From: an uncultured Alphaproteobacteria bacterium
Lineage (GTDB): Bacteria > Pseudomonadota > Alphaproteobacteria > SP197
Length of the DNA stretch: 64,000 nucleotides
Reading direction: 5' to 3'
NCBI GenBank assembly: GCA_958295695.1
Contig: OY282363.1
Span: 1,037,246 to 1,101,245 of the forward strand
Both the position numbers and the translations under genes were made by a program. This document shows positions 42,010-53,125 of the stretch, piece after piece; the stretch's first letter is position 1, and each line of letters starts with the position of its first letter. The notes under the pieces were generated by a model, which saw only the letters and a program-made list of their open reading frames with translations, did not search any database and was not told where the DNA came from.

Positions 42010-43383
42010 TCAGATCATCGTGAGCAGGCGGTCGTATTCCAGGTTCGTGATGTGGTCGTTGAACTCGTGGAACTCGGCCCATTTCAGCTTGCCGTGGACG
42101 TCCCACCACGCCTGGCCGAAGTAACCGGGCAGCACCTCGGCGCCGTCGAAGGCGCGCAGCGCGTCGACCCAGATGGCCGGCAGGCTCGCCGCGACCTTGT
42201 CGGCCGCGTTGCCCTCGATGGGTTCGCCCGGATCGATACGGTTGGCGACGCCGTGATGGACGCCCGCCAGCACCGCGGCGAGGACGAGATAGGGGTTGGC
42301 GTCGGCTCCGGCGGGACGGTGCTCGATCCGGCGCGCCGCCGCCGGGCCGCCCGGCACGCGCAGCGCGACCGTGCGGTTGTTGTAGCCCCAGGTCGGCGCC
42401 AGCGGCACCCAGCCGGCCGGCGTGACGCGGCGGAACGAGTTGACGTTCGGCGCCCAGATCGGCATGGCCTCGGCCATGGTGGCGGCGAGGCCGCCGACCG
42501 CGTGGCGGAACAGGTCGCTGCCGCGGGACCCGCCGTCGTCGAACGCGTTGCGTCCCTCCGCGTCCAGCAGCGACAGATGGATGTGGGTTCCACTCGCCGC
42601 GTGCTCGCGGAAGGGCCGCGCCATGAAGGTGGCGGTCGCGCCATGCCTCGCCGCCACGCCCTTGACCGCGCGCTTCAGCAGCATGGCGTGGTCGCAGGCC
42701 GCGACCGGATCGTCGGTATGTTTCAGGTTGATCTCGAACTGGCCCGGCGCGTACTCGATCGTCGCGACGTCGGCCGGGATGTTCTGCTCGCGGCAGGTCG
42801 CGACCATGTCGTCGAGGACCGGCGCGTAGGCGTCGATCTCGTCCATGAGATAGACCTGCGTCTCCGACGGCCTCCTTCCGGTCGCCGGAGCGCGCGCCAG
42901 GACCGGCCGTCCGTCCTCGCCGGCCCCGGCCTCGACCAGGTAGAACTCCAACTCGACGGCGACCACGGGCCGGTAGCCGAGGTCGGTCACCCGGTCCGCG
43001 ATCCGCCGCACGATATGGCGCGGGTCGAGCCACCAGGGTTCGCCGTCGTCGTCGCTCATCGTCATCAGGACCTGGGCCTGTTCCGGCCCGATCCAGGGCA
43101 CCGGCGCCAGGGTGCCCGGCGCCGCATGGCACGGGTAGTCCGGGTCGCCGTCGTTCGGACCCATGCCCGTGCTGTCGACATTGTTGCCCAGGATGTCGAG
43201 CGCGTAGGTCGAGCCGGGGAGGACCATGCCCGTCGTGTAGAGCTTACCGAGCGCCGAGACGTCCAACCGCTTGCCGCGCGGAATGCCGCAGATGTCGGGA
43301 ACGATCGCGTCGACCCGGCGCACGTCCGGATGGTTCCGCAGGAAGGACGCGGCCTCGTCGGCGGCCTTCGGTTGTCCGGTCAT
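42010..43383 (-). CDS. Glutamine synthetase family protein (GS catalytic domain; PuuA/GlnT-like)
   Basis: 457 aa. 'AVELEFYLVE' (beta-grasp), 'EYAPGQFEINLKHTD', 'GTHIHLSL', 'NSFRRVTPAGWVPLAPTWGYNNRTVALRVP' are GS catalytic motifs. Confidence 0.7.
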   Translation of the reverse strand: MTGQPKAADEAASFLRNHPDVRRVDAIVPDICGIPRGKRLDVSALGKLYTTGMVLPGSTYALDILGNNVDSTGMGPNDGDPDYPCHAAPGTLAPVPWIGPEQAQVLMTMSDDDGEPWWLDPRHIVRRIADRVTDLGYRPVVAVELEFYLVEAGAGEDGRPVLARAPATGRRPSETQVYLMDEIDAYAPVLDDMVATCREQNIPADVATIEYAPGQFEINLKHTDDPVAACDHAMLLKRAVKGVAARHGATATFMARPFREHAASGTHIHLSLLDAEGRNAFDDGGSRGSDLFRHAVGGLAATMAEAMPIWAPNVNSFRRVTPAGWVPLAPTWGYNNRTVALRVPGGPAAARRIEHRPAGADANPYLVLAAVLAGVHHGVANRIDPGEPIEGNAADKVAASLPAIWVDALRAFDGAEVLPGYFGQAWWDVHGKLKWAEFHEFNDHITNLEYDRLLTMI

Positions 43384-43420
43384 GGAGCGGATGTCCCCGC
43401 CGGGACGCCCGGCCGCCGGC

Positions 43421-43741
43421 TCACATGGAACTGTCGACCCACTCGTAGAGCTTGCTCTTGGGCAGGGCGCCGACCTTCACGGCGGCCACCTCGCCGCCCT
43501 TGAACATCATGATCGTCGGAATGCCGCGCACGCCGTATTTCGAGGGCGTGCCCGGATTCTGGTCGATGTTGACCTTCACGACCTGGACCTTGCCGCCATA
43601 CTCTTGCGCGAGGTCCTCGAGCGCGGGCGCGATCTGCTTGCAGGGGCCGCACCATTCGGCCCAGAAGTCGACCAGAACGGGGCCGTCGGCATGGAGGACA
43701 TCCCGTTCGAACGAGTCGTCGGTCGCGTGATGGATGCTCAT
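43421..43741 (-). CDS. trxA: Thioredoxin
   Basis: 106 aa '[18 protein letters not shown]...[30 protein letters not shown]' with WCGPC. Confidence 0.93.
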   Translation of the reverse strand: MSIHHATDDSFERDVLHADGPVLVDFWAEWCGPCKQIAPALEDLAQEYGGKVQVVKVNIDQNPGTPSKYGVRGIPTIMMFKGGEVAAVKVGALPKSKLYEWVDSSM

Positions 43742-43834
43742 GGTCCTCGTCTCTCCCGATTTGTTGTCCCGCCACGCCGCCGGTCCGCCTGACGCCGGGG
43801 GAGGTCCCGTATATTGGCCGGCGGCGGGGAAGCG

Positions 43835-46800
43835 TCAAGCGGCGCGGGGGCTCCGCCCCGCAGGCCTGTGGGTATCCAGAAGTCTTGAAGGAATCTCTAC
43901 AAGTTCTGGTATATCGCACCACAACAAGCCGCAAGATATAGGTCTATCCGGGTAAATCATCCGCAAGATTTCCCGGTAGGCCGCGAGCTGCCCGAGATAG
44001 GCCGCCGGGGTGTCGTCGACCCGGTCGGGCACGGTCAGCCCGGTCTTGAAATCGACCACGCCGATTTTGTCTTCGGACACCGCCAGACGATCGACACGGC
44101 CGGACACGACCGTCTCCCCCACGACGCCCGCGATCGCGACCTCGGACCGGCCGCCGGGCGCGAAGACCGCCGCGAAGGCGGGATCGTCGAGGATGGCGAG
44201 CACGCGCGCGATCAATCCGTCGGCGGAGGCGTCCGGCAACGCGGGGTCGCGCCGGGCGACCAGCGCGCGCGCCGCGTCCCCGCGGCGGTCGGGTGCGAGA
44301 TCGGGCAGGAGCTCGAGGAGACGGTGGACCAGACGCCCCCGGCGCAGGGCGGCGCCGCCGTCGCTCCCGTCGAGCGGCGAGCGCGGCGCGGCCTCGCCGC
44401 CGGCGAACCGGGAAGGGCTGATCGGCTTGTCGATCGGACGTTCCGGCGGCGGCGGACCCAGGATGCCGGGCGGCGGACCCTCGAGCGGGACGCGATCCTC
44501 GGGGCCGGCGCGCCGGACCGCGACGGGCCGGCGTTGCGGCGACGCGAGCCGCAAGGCTTCTCCGTTCGGACCGCCCCCGGCGTCGTCCATCGCGATCCGC
44601 TCGACGCCGGGAAGCGCCGACAGGGCCGTCCGGACCATGTCGTGCCAGGAGCCCTCCACGCCCCTGTCGGCGCTCTTCGCCGCGGCGCAGACATACAAGC
44701 GGTCGCGCGCCCGGGTCAGGGCGACGTAGAGCAGGCGGCGTTCTTCCTCCGCGGCGCGCCGGCGGCGGCGGTCGTCGAGGGCTTCGCCCCAGGGCGCGCG
44801 TTCCTCCGCTCGGCCGACCCAGAGCGGGAGCCCGACCCGTGGGTCCCACAAAATCGCCGGTCCGGACGGTCCGCGGCCCATGACGTCGGCCAGAAAGACC
44901 ACCGGCGCCTGCAGGCCCTTGGCGCCGTGGACCGTCATGATGCGCACGGCGTCTCCGGCGGCCTCCGCCTCGCGCTTCACCTCGGCGGTGCCGCTGGAGA
45001 GCCACCAGACGAAACCCTGCAGCGACGGGACGTGGTCCCGCTCGAACGCGAGCGCGAGATTGAGGAACTCGTCGAGCGGGTCCTGGGCTTCGAGGCCGAG
45101 ACGGCCGATGAGCGCCTTGCGGCCGTTGAACCCCTCCGCGCGCGCGCTCGGCATCGACAGGATGCGGTCGAAGAACTCGAAGGGCGCAAGGTAATCGGCG
45201 GTGCCCAGAAGCGCCGCGATCCAGTCCGCGGCGCGCGCGAAGGCGTCCGAGTCGCCCTTCCGGCGCCGCAGCGCCGCCCACAGGGTCTCGCGGGCTTTCC
45301 CCTCGCCGCTCCCGCGCCACGCGAGGTCGAACAGCATGTCGTCGTCGAATCCGACGAACGGCCCTTTCAGGACCGCCGCGAGCGAGAGATCGTCCTCGGG
45401 CAGCAGGCAGACGCGGCCGATCGCCAGAAGGTCGCGGACCGCGACCTCGCCGGTCAGGTCCATCCGGTCGACGCCGGCGACCGCGACGCCCTTGCGGCGC
45501 AGCTCGCGGACCAGCGCGGACACCAGCTCGCCCCGGCGGCGGACGAGGACGAGGATGTCGCCGGGGCGGATCGTGTCTCCACGCGAGGCCAGGAGCTCGC
45601 CGGGTCCGTCGTCGCCGGTCATGGCCGCGATGTGGGCCGCGACCGCGGTCGCGAGGCGCGTGTCGCGGTCGCGCGGCCGGGTCTCGTCGAGGCAGGCCGT
45701 CCACGGATCGGGTTCCTCTTCGGCCGGTTCGTCCTCCAGGAGCGGCCAGACCTCGACGAGACCGCCGTCGTCCCCGCGGAACGGTTCGTGGCGGATCGCC
45801 TCGCCGTCCAGCGCGACGCCGGCGGCGGCCTCCGGCGCGGCGAAGACCGCATCGACCGCCTCGAGGACCGCCGGAACGGAACGGAAGGAGAGGTCCAGGG
45901 CGCCGTCGCGCCACTCGCCGGCGGGGGTGCGCTCCCGGATCCCGTCGCGCACGTTCCGGAGGGCCTCGACGTCGGCGCCCTGAAAGCTGAAGATCGACTG
46001 CTTCTCGTCGCCCACGACGAACAGGGTCCTGGGCTTCTCGCGGGCGCCTTCGCCGGCGAAGAACTCCTCGGTCAGCGCCAGGATGACCTCCCATTGGGCC
46101 GGGCTGGTGTCCTGCGCTTCGTCCACCAGGACATGGTCGAGACCGCCGTCGAGCTTGTAGAGGACCCAGGGCGAGACGCCGGGCCGGGTCAACAGGTCGC
46201 GCGCGCGGGCGATCAGGTCGTCGTAGTCCAGAACGGCCAGATCGCGCTTCCTCGCGCGAAAGGCGGCGAGGAGCTCCAGACCGAGGACCAGGATCGCGCG
46301 GGTCCGCTCGAACGTCGCCTTCGCCTTGATGTGCGCGTAGAGCGCGGCGAGCCGCTCCGTTTCCCGGTCGAGGACCGCCGCCGCGTCCGGCCGCGCCTCG
46401 CGCACCTTCCCCGTCCCGACGGGCCTCTTCCTCGGCGTCCGGTCGGCCTTCGTCAGAAAGCGCGCCGCATAGGTCTCCAACAGGGCCGGGCGCGCCTCCT
46501 CGCGGGCGTCGAGGAAGGCAAGGATGGTCTCCGCGGTCTCGCGGTCGGTCCTTCCCCCGTCGTCCAGGGCCCGGACGGCGGCCCGCAGGCCGGGCCCGTC
46601 GAGCGAGGAGTCCCGGCAGGTGTCGGCCTTGAGGTCGTCGATGCTCCGGTCCGGATCGGTCTCGAGTCCAGCGGCGACCGCGTCCAGCGCTCTGTCGAGC
46701 GAGCCGTAACGCGCCAGCATGCGGTCGAAGGCGCCGGCCTCGGCGCAGATTTCCCCGAGGAGGTCGCCGGCCCGCCTCTCCCCCGCCTCGGGCGCGAGCC

Positions 46801-47372
46801 GGTCGAGGGCGTCCCGCAGATGCGGCGCGCGGCCCGACGCGATGGCGTCGATCGCGTCGTCGCGCGCGGCGCGCAGCAGCTCGGAACGCGCCCGGTCCTC
46901 GATCACCTCGAAGTGGGGGGCGACGTCGGCCTCGAGCGGGAACCGTCCCAGCAGGGACTGGCAGAAGCCGTGGATTGTCGCGATCTGGAGCCCGCCGGGG
47001 GCTTCCAGCGTCGCCGCGAAGAGGCGGCGCGCACGCTCGACGGTCTCGCGGCCGGGCCTGGAGCCCGTCAGGGCCGCGATGTCCGCGGCGAGGTCGCCGT
47101 CGTCCATCGCCGACCAGTTCGCCAGCTCCTGGCGGACGCGGTTGGCCATCTCGGCGGCGGCCGCGCGCGTGAAGGTCAGGCAGAGGACGCGCGACGGCGC
47201 ATGGCCCTCCAGCAGGAGACGCAGCACCCTGTCGGTCAGGACCTTGGTCTTGCCCGCGCCCGCGGACGCGGCGACCCAGACCGTCCTGGACGGATCGGAC
47301 AGCGCCTGCTGCCGGGTGTCGGGCCCGCGGGGGCGGGGCGTCTCGCGTTCCGGCGCGCCGCCGTCGGACACA
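43835..47372 (-). CDS. addA: Double-strand-break repair helicase AddA (UvrD-like helicase plus C-terminal PD-(D/E)XK nuclease)
   Basis: 'VWVAASAGAGKTKVLTDRVLRLL' Walker A. 'LAVLDYDDLI', 'VDEAQDTSPAQW', 'LFVVGDEKQSIFSFQGA' helicase motifs. '...VDFKTG' nuclease motif near the C-terminus. No ATG. Start is an in-frame GTG (47370-47372) only if addB terminates. No stop separates it from addB. Confidence 0.7.
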
Positions 47373-50320
47373 TCGTCCAGGAGGGCGCGCCAGCCCAGGC
47401 GCCACTCGTTGGTGCGCGCGAGGTCGAGGTAGTCGTCGAAACGGCCTATGGCCGCGCCGGCGGGATGGTCGAGATAGGCCGTCTCCGGGTCGGCGAAGGC
47501 CGCGACGAGGCGCTCCAGTCCGTCGAGCGCCTCGCGCGCGACGGCGGACGGATCCTCCCGGGTCGCGGGCCGCGCGGACCCCGCCGGCCGTCCGCCCGAG
47601 AGCGTCCAGTATTCCAGTCCGGTCACGGTCGCCGCGCCGACCGCCTCGAAGGCGCCGGCCTCCGCCAGGGCGGCTTCGAGCGGAAGCTGGGGCGCGCTCC
47701 CGGCGGTCACGCTCTTCTTGGCCGGCGCGACGCCGGTCTTGTAGTCCACGATGCGGAGCGCGCCGTCGGACGACACCTCCAGGCGGTCGGCCTTCGCGCT
47801 CAGCGTGAAGCGGCCGCCGCGCCCGTCGTCGATCTCCATGTGTCCCGGCTGCTCGGCCAGGACCCGGCTCAGCGTCTCGCGCCGCCGCCTCTCCTCCTCC
47901 ACGAACCACGCGGCGATGCGCTCGAAGCGCGGCCACCAGAAGGCCGCGACCGAGGGGCGGTCCAACATGGCGCCGAGGACGGTCCGGCCGTGGGCCAGCA
48001 GCCGCTCCAGGGCGTCGGGGGAGAGCTCCTCCGGGAACTCGGCGACGAGGCGTTCCAGCGCCTCGTGAACGAAGCTCCCGCGCGCCGCGGCGTCCGCGTC
48101 CTCGTCGATCTCGTCGAGCGGGCGCAGGCCGAGGATGTGCCGGGCGTAGATGGCATAGGGGTCGCGTTGCCAGATCTCGACCTGGGTGACGGAAAGGCCC
48201 GTCGGCCGCGCTTCGAGCGGCGGGCGGGGACGCGGCGCGGAGACGGGCTCCACCGCGGGCGGACGATCGAGCATCGATTGCCAATGCCGCCACGGCGTCG
48301 CGCCGGCCACGGCCGGCCGCGCCAGGCCATGGGCGTCGAGCATGGCCCGCAACCTCACGAGCCATCGCGCCGGCACGGTCGGCGCCCCGCCCGACCGTTC
48401 GGAGTGGAGCAGCAGGACCCGGCCGGCGGAAGCGGCCTGGACGAAGTCGTGCGCGGCGAGCCCGACGCGCCGCTCGGGCGTCGTCAGACCGAACCGCGCG
48501 CGCATCGGCCGGCTCAGCCAGGGATCGCCAAGCGGCTCCGGCGGCCAGCTTCCCTCCACGAGGCCCGCCAGGATCATGCAGTCGGCGTGCTGCATGCGGG
48601 CTTCCAGCGGCCCCCAGATGAACGCCCTGGGGTGCCGGCCGAAGCGGGGACGCACGATCCGGCCGGCCAGAAGCGAGTCGATCAACGCCGGATAGGACGA
48701 GGTGTCGACAAAGCCCAGCGCATCGGCATGGGCGTGGAGGTCGGCCACGAAGACGCGCAGCGCCGCGCCGTCGTCGTCGCGCCAGACCGGTCCCGTCGAG
48801 CCGTCCGCGGACCTTGCGAGACGTTCCATCGCCAGCCCGTGCGCCGCGACCAGCCTGTCGAGGGACGCCCGCCGGCCGGTCAGGAGACCGGCGAGGTCGC
48901 CGACCGCGTCTTCGAGCTCGTCGAGGAACGCCAGCAGCGCGGCCCGCCCCGGGCAATCGGGGAGCGCGCGGCGAAGGCCGTCCATGCCGGGCGCGGGGCG
49001 GGGACCGCGCAACGCCGCGCGCTCGAGCGCGCGCACGAGGCCGCGCATGGCTCCGGCGTCCCGGCCGAGGCGCAGGAAGGGGTGCTTCAGCAGGGCCAGC
49101 AGCGGGACCGGAGCGCATCGGGCCGCCAAGGCGCGGGCCATGAGCCGGAAGAAGGCGCCGGCCGGCGTCGCCGAGAGAGGAACGCCCGCCGAATCGTCCG
49201 CCTCGACGCCCCAGCGCGTCAGCTCGGCCGCGACGCGGCGCGCCAGCGCCCGGTCCCGGGTCACCAACGCGACGGTTCCGCCTTTCTCTTCGAGCTCGGC
49301 CCGCATGCGCAGCGCCGCCACCCGGGCCTCCTCGCGCGGGTTCGCGCAGGCCGCGATCTCGAGCCCCTCGACGGCCTTCCCGTCGGGCGTTCCGGCGGGA
49401 CCGGCCTCCGGCGGGCGCAGGGCGTCCGAGAGGAGCCGGCGGCGCGCGGGATTGCCTTGCGGGAGGCCCGCTGGCCGGGCGACCGGCCAGGGCCGGACCG
49501 CCGTCCGGTCGACCTCGAGGCTGTCGAGCAGGGTCTTGATTCCATGTTGCGGGTGGCTGGGTCCGATCAACGCCCAGGCGTCGTCGTCCATGTCCCCGTC
49601 CAGCCCGGGGAGGACGACGACGCCTTCGGGCAGCCGGGCCACGACGGCCAGGAGCCGCGACGTCGCGGGGATCGAACCGGTCGATCCCGCCGCGACCACC
49701 GGGCGGGCCGGCGGGTTCCCGCGCCATTCGTCGGCGAGGCTGTCGAGCAGGCGGCGCCGCCTCGCCGCCGGGTCGAGCCTGCCCTCGGCGGCGAGGCGTC
49801 GCCGCCAGGCGCCGCTCGCGCTTCTCAGGAAGCGCAGGGTGGTCTGCCAGTGTTCCGAGAGCTCGGCCTCGACGAGGGTCTCGAGATCCGCGAGGTCGGC
49901 CTCGGCGGTGTCGACTTCGTCGATGAAGGCGGCGAGCGCGTCGGAGAGCCTGACCGCGTGCTCGTCGCCGGCGGTCCCGAACCCGGGGTCGGACCGGATC
50001 TGCCGGGCGAGCAGAAGCCGGCGGCGCATGGGATCGACCGCCGGCGCGATGTCGAGCGCCGTCTCGCCTTCGCCCACCGCGGCCACGGCGAGCTCGTCCT
50101 CGTCGATGTCGCCGATCGGCCGGATCGCGGGAAGGATCAGCGCGCGTCCCTCCGACTGGCGCAGGAACGCCTCGCGCAGATGGCGCGCCGCGCGGCGGGT
50201 CGGCACCAGGACGAGCGCGTCGGCGAGCCGGTCGGGTTCGCCGCCGTGGCGGTCGAGCACGCCGGCCGCGAGGGCGTCGACGAACGATGTCCCGGCCGCG
50301 ATGTTGAAGACGCCGCTCAT
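47373..50320 (-). CDS. addB: Double-strand-break repair protein AddB (alphaproteobacterial type), reading through into addA
   Basis: 'MSGVFNIAAGTSFVDALAAGVLDRHGGEPDRLADALVLVPTRRAARHL...'. C-terminal nuclease domain '...LRIVDYKTG...RFDDYLDLARTNEW'. ATG 50320 overlaps the murU-like stop (ATGA). No in-frame stop before the AddA Walker A region; the lower bound is nominal. Confidence 0.7.
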
Positions 50321-51024
50321 GGCTGTCCGGCGAGCCAGCGCTCGGCGGCCGCGAGGTTCGCGGGCGTGTCCACGGTGAACCAGCCGCCCCGGTGGAGGAC
50401 GCCGTGGAGCCGGCCCGTGGCGATCGCCCTGTCCCACAGAAGGTTGAAGGAGAAGGGTGCCTCCGGCGCATCGGCAAAGAGCCTGGGGTGGACGATCTGG
50501 ACGCTGGCGTAGACGAACGGCGCCCGCGCGGCTCCGCCTCGCCGGGTCAGCCCGCCGCCGGGCTCCATGAAGAAGTCGCCGGCTCCGCCGAAGCCTCCGG
50601 CCCGTTCGCGGGGCACGACGAGGAGGAGCGCCTCCATGTCCTCGTCGCGCCAGGCGCGTGCGAGGACCGACAGGGCGTCGCGGCCGGCCTCGGACAGCAG
50701 TACGTCGCCGTTGGCGACGACGAACGGGTCGGCGCCGAGCAGGGGGAGCGCCTTCAGCGCGCCCCCGCCGGTGTCGAGCAACTCGGCCTCGCGCGACAGG
50801 ATGACGGGCGGCCTGCTCCGCCGGGCCGCGGCCTCGGCCACCAGGTCGGCGAGGTGCCAGACGTTCACCACGACGAGATCGAGGCCCTCGAAGCGGTCGA
50901 GCATGCGGTCGAGCATCGACCGGCCGGCGATCTCGATGAGGGGCTTGGGCGTGCGGTCGGAGAGGGGCCGCATCCGCTCGCCGCGGCCCGCCGCCAGGAC
51001 CATGCCGCGCCGCGGCGCGATCAT
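50317..51024 (-). CDS. Nucleotidyltransferase family protein (MurU-like MurNAc-alpha-1-P uridylyltransferase candidate)
   Basis: 'GMVLAAGRGERMRPLSDRTPKPLIEIAGRSMLD' (G-x-G-x-R NTP_transferase signature). ATGA overlap with the amgK-like start. Conserved position upstream of addB. Confidence 0.65.
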   Translation of the reverse strand: MIAPRRGMVLAAGRGERMRPLSDRTPKPLIEIAGRSMLDRMLDRFEGLDLVVVNVWHLADLVAEAAARRSRPPVILSREAELLDTGGGALKALPLLGADPFVVANGDVLLSEAGRDALSVLARAWRDEDMEALLLVVPRERAGGFGGAGDFFMEPGGGLTRRGGAARAPFVYASVQIVHPRLFADAPEAPFSFNLLWDRAIATGRLHGVLHRGGWFTVDTPANLAAAERWLAGQP

Positions 51025-52037
51025 GCCGCTCTCGTCCGCGCCGGCGGCGGGATCCAGCGGTCCAGCCAGTCCGCCAGGGGAGCCAGGGCGGGATGGCCGA
51101 GATCGCGGGCGACATGGCCCCAGACCCTGTCCATGTAGGCCTGATAGCCCGGCTTGCCGTCGCGCGCGAGCAGCCGGCAGAAAATCCCCACGATCTTCAG
51201 GTTCCTCTGCGCGCCCATGACCGCGTAGGAGGTCAGGAAACCGTCCCGGCCGAGCCCGGCCGCGCGCGCGCGATAGCGGTCGATGCAGGCATCGACGGTC
51301 CCGGCCGCCACGTCGCGTCTGGCGTCCTCGAGCAGCGAGACGATGTCGTAGGTGGCCGGCCCGATTACGGCGTCCTGGAAATCGAGCTGGCCGACGCGGG
51401 CGACGCCGCGGCGTTCGGGGAGCCAGAGCAGGTTGTCGGCGTGATAGTCGCGCAGGACGACCCGGTCCGGCGCCAGACGGGCCAGGGGCAGAAGGCCGTC
51501 CCAGAGCGCGACGAAATCGCTCCGCCCCTCGTCGGTCAGGTCGAGGCCGGCCAGCGGCATGAACCAGTCGGTCAGCAGCGACAGCTCGAAGTGGAACAGC
51601 GCGTCGTCGTAAGCCGGAAGATCGTCCGGCGGCGCGGCGCCGTGAAGCGCGACCAGGGCGTCGATGGCGGAGAGGTAGAGGGTCCGTTCGTCCGCGCCGC
51701 CGCGCAGGACGCGCGCGTAGAGGCCGTCGCCCAGATCCTCCAGCAGCAGGAACCCGGCGTCCGTGTCCGCCGCGAGCACGGCGGGGGCGGCCAGCCCGGC
51801 GGACGCCAGATACCCGGCTACGCGCACGAAGGGCCGGACATCCTCCTCGGGCGGCGGCGCGTCCATCAGGACGGCGCGTCCTTTGGGTCCCTCGAGGCGC
51901 TCGTACCGGCGGAACGACGCATCGCCCGCCAGCGCGCCGCGTCTGGCGTCACCCCATCCGCACCGCGCGAGGAACGCGCCCAGCCGCGCCTCGCGCGCGG
52001 CGGAAAAGCGCGGCCGGTTGTCCGGGCGGGGCGTCAT
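51021..52037 (-). CDS. Aminoglycoside-phosphotransferase-fold kinase (AmgK-like MurNAc/GlcNAc anomeric kinase candidate)
   Basis: 338 aa. '...VLRDYHADNLLWLPERRGVARVGQLDFQDAV' (HxDxxxxN...D catalytic and Mg loops). Partner of the adjacent nucleotidyltransferase. Confidence 0.6.
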   Translation of the reverse strand: MTPRPDNRPRFSAAREARLGAFLARCGWGDARRGALAGDASFRRYERLEGPKGRAVLMDAPPPEEDVRPFVRVAGYLASAGLAAPAVLAADTDAGFLLLEDLGDGLYARVLRGGADERTLYLSAIDALVALHGAAPPDDLPAYDDALFHFELSLLTDWFMPLAGLDLTDEGRSDFVALWDGLLPLARLAPDRVVLRDYHADNLLWLPERRGVARVGQLDFQDAVIGPATYDIVSLLEDARRDVAAGTVDACIDRYRARAAGLGRDGFLTSYAVMGAQRNLKIVGIFCRLLARDGKPGYQAYMDRVWGHVARDLGHPALAPLADWLDRWIPPPARTRAA

Positions 52038-52108
52038 CGGCTAAGTCGTAGCCCCGCGAGCGGCGCGAGAAAAGCGCGTCGCGTCGGGTGGCGGCGCAGG
52101 GATAACCC

Positions 52109-53125
52109 ATGGCTCAGCGACACGAGACCGACATCGTCGTCGTCGGGGCGGGGCCGGTCGGTCTCTTCCAGGTGTTCGAGGCGGGCATGCTCGACATGCG
52201 CTGCCACGTGGTCGACACCCTCGACGCCATCGGCGGCCAGTGCGTCGCGCTCTATCCCGAAAAGCCGATCTACGACATTCCGGGCTATCCCGTGATCGAG
52301 GCCGGCGACCTCATCCGCCGGCTCGAGCGGCAGGCCGCGCCCTTCGGTCCCGTCTACCACCTCGGCCAGCAGGTCGTGGCGCTCGAAGGCGAGGCCGGCG
52401 CCTTCACCGCGAGGACCTCGTCGGGGACCGCCATCTCGTGCAAGGCCGTCGTCATCGCCGCCGGGTGCGGCGCCTTCGGCCCCAACCGGCCGCCGCTCGC
52501 CGGCATCGAGGCCTTCGAGGAGTCGGGCGCCGTCGCCTACCTCGTCGCCCGCAAGGAGGACCACCGGGGCAAGAAGGCGGTGATCGCCGGCGGCGGCGAT
52601 TCCGCCGTCGACTGGGCGCTCGGCCTCCACGGCGTCTGCGAGACGATCGCGGTCGTCCACCGGCGCGACCGGTTCCGCGCCGCGCCCGAGAGCGTCAGGC
52701 GCCTGCGGGCGCTGGCGGACGCCGGCGAGGTGGAGCTCGTCGTGCCCTACCAACTCCATGCCTTGGAGGGCGAGAACGGCGCCTTGTCGGCGGTGGTCGT
52801 CGCCGATCTCGACGGCGCCCGGCGGCGTCTGGAGGCCGATCTCCTGCTGCCCTTCTACGGCCTGCGCATGGAGCTCGGCCCCATCGCCGGCTGGGGGCTG
52901 AACCTGGAGAAGAACCTCGTCGCCGTCGATCCCGCGACCTCGCGCACGAGCGCGCCCGGCGTGCATGCCGTCGGCGACATCGCCGCCTATCCCGGCAAGC
53001 TGAAGCTCATCCTCTCCGGCTTCTCGGAGACGGCGATGGCCGCCCACGACATCCACGACCTCGTCCACCCCGGCAAGCCGCTCCGCTTCGAATACTCGAC
53101 CACGCGAGGCGTGCCGGGGATCTGA
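52109..53125 (+). CDS. Ferredoxin--NADP+ reductase, thioredoxin-reductase-like type (FAD/NAD(P)-binding)
   Basis: 'IVVVGAGPVGLFQVFEAGMLDM' FAD GxGxxG, 'KAVIAGGGDSAVDWA' NADP GxGxxA, 'HAVGDIAAYPGKLKLI'. 338 aa. Confidence 0.75.
   Translation: MAQRHETDIVVVGAGPVGLFQVFEAGMLDMRCHVVDTLDAIGGQCVALYPEKPIYDIPGYPVIEAGDLIRRLERQAAPFGPVYHLGQQVVALEGEAGAFTARTSSGTAISCKAVVIAAGCGAFGPNRPPLAGIEAFEESGAVAYLVARKEDHRGKKAVIAGGGDSAVDWALGLHGVCETIAVVHRRDRFRAAPESVRRLRALADAGEVELVVPYQLHALEGENGALSAVVVADLDGARRRLEADLLLPFYGLRMELGPIAGWGLNLEKNLVAVDPATSRTSAPGVHAVGDIAAYPGKLKLILSGFSETAMAAHDIHDLVHPGKPLRFEYSTTRGVPGI

Noticed and set aside
43944-50477. 2177-aa minus-strand ORF and 2062-aa plus-strand ORF (44324-50512) across addBA
   Set aside because: These are alternate frames of the addB/addA coding region. 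Their translations are low-complexity R/P/G strings. Only the frame carrying the helicase and nuclease motifs is real.
50321-51115. First ~265 codons of the 2426-aa ORF upstream of the addB ATG
   Set aside because: This stretch overlaps the murU-like and amgK-like genes in a different frame. addB starts at the ATG at 50320, which is translationally coupled (ATGA) to the murU-like stop.
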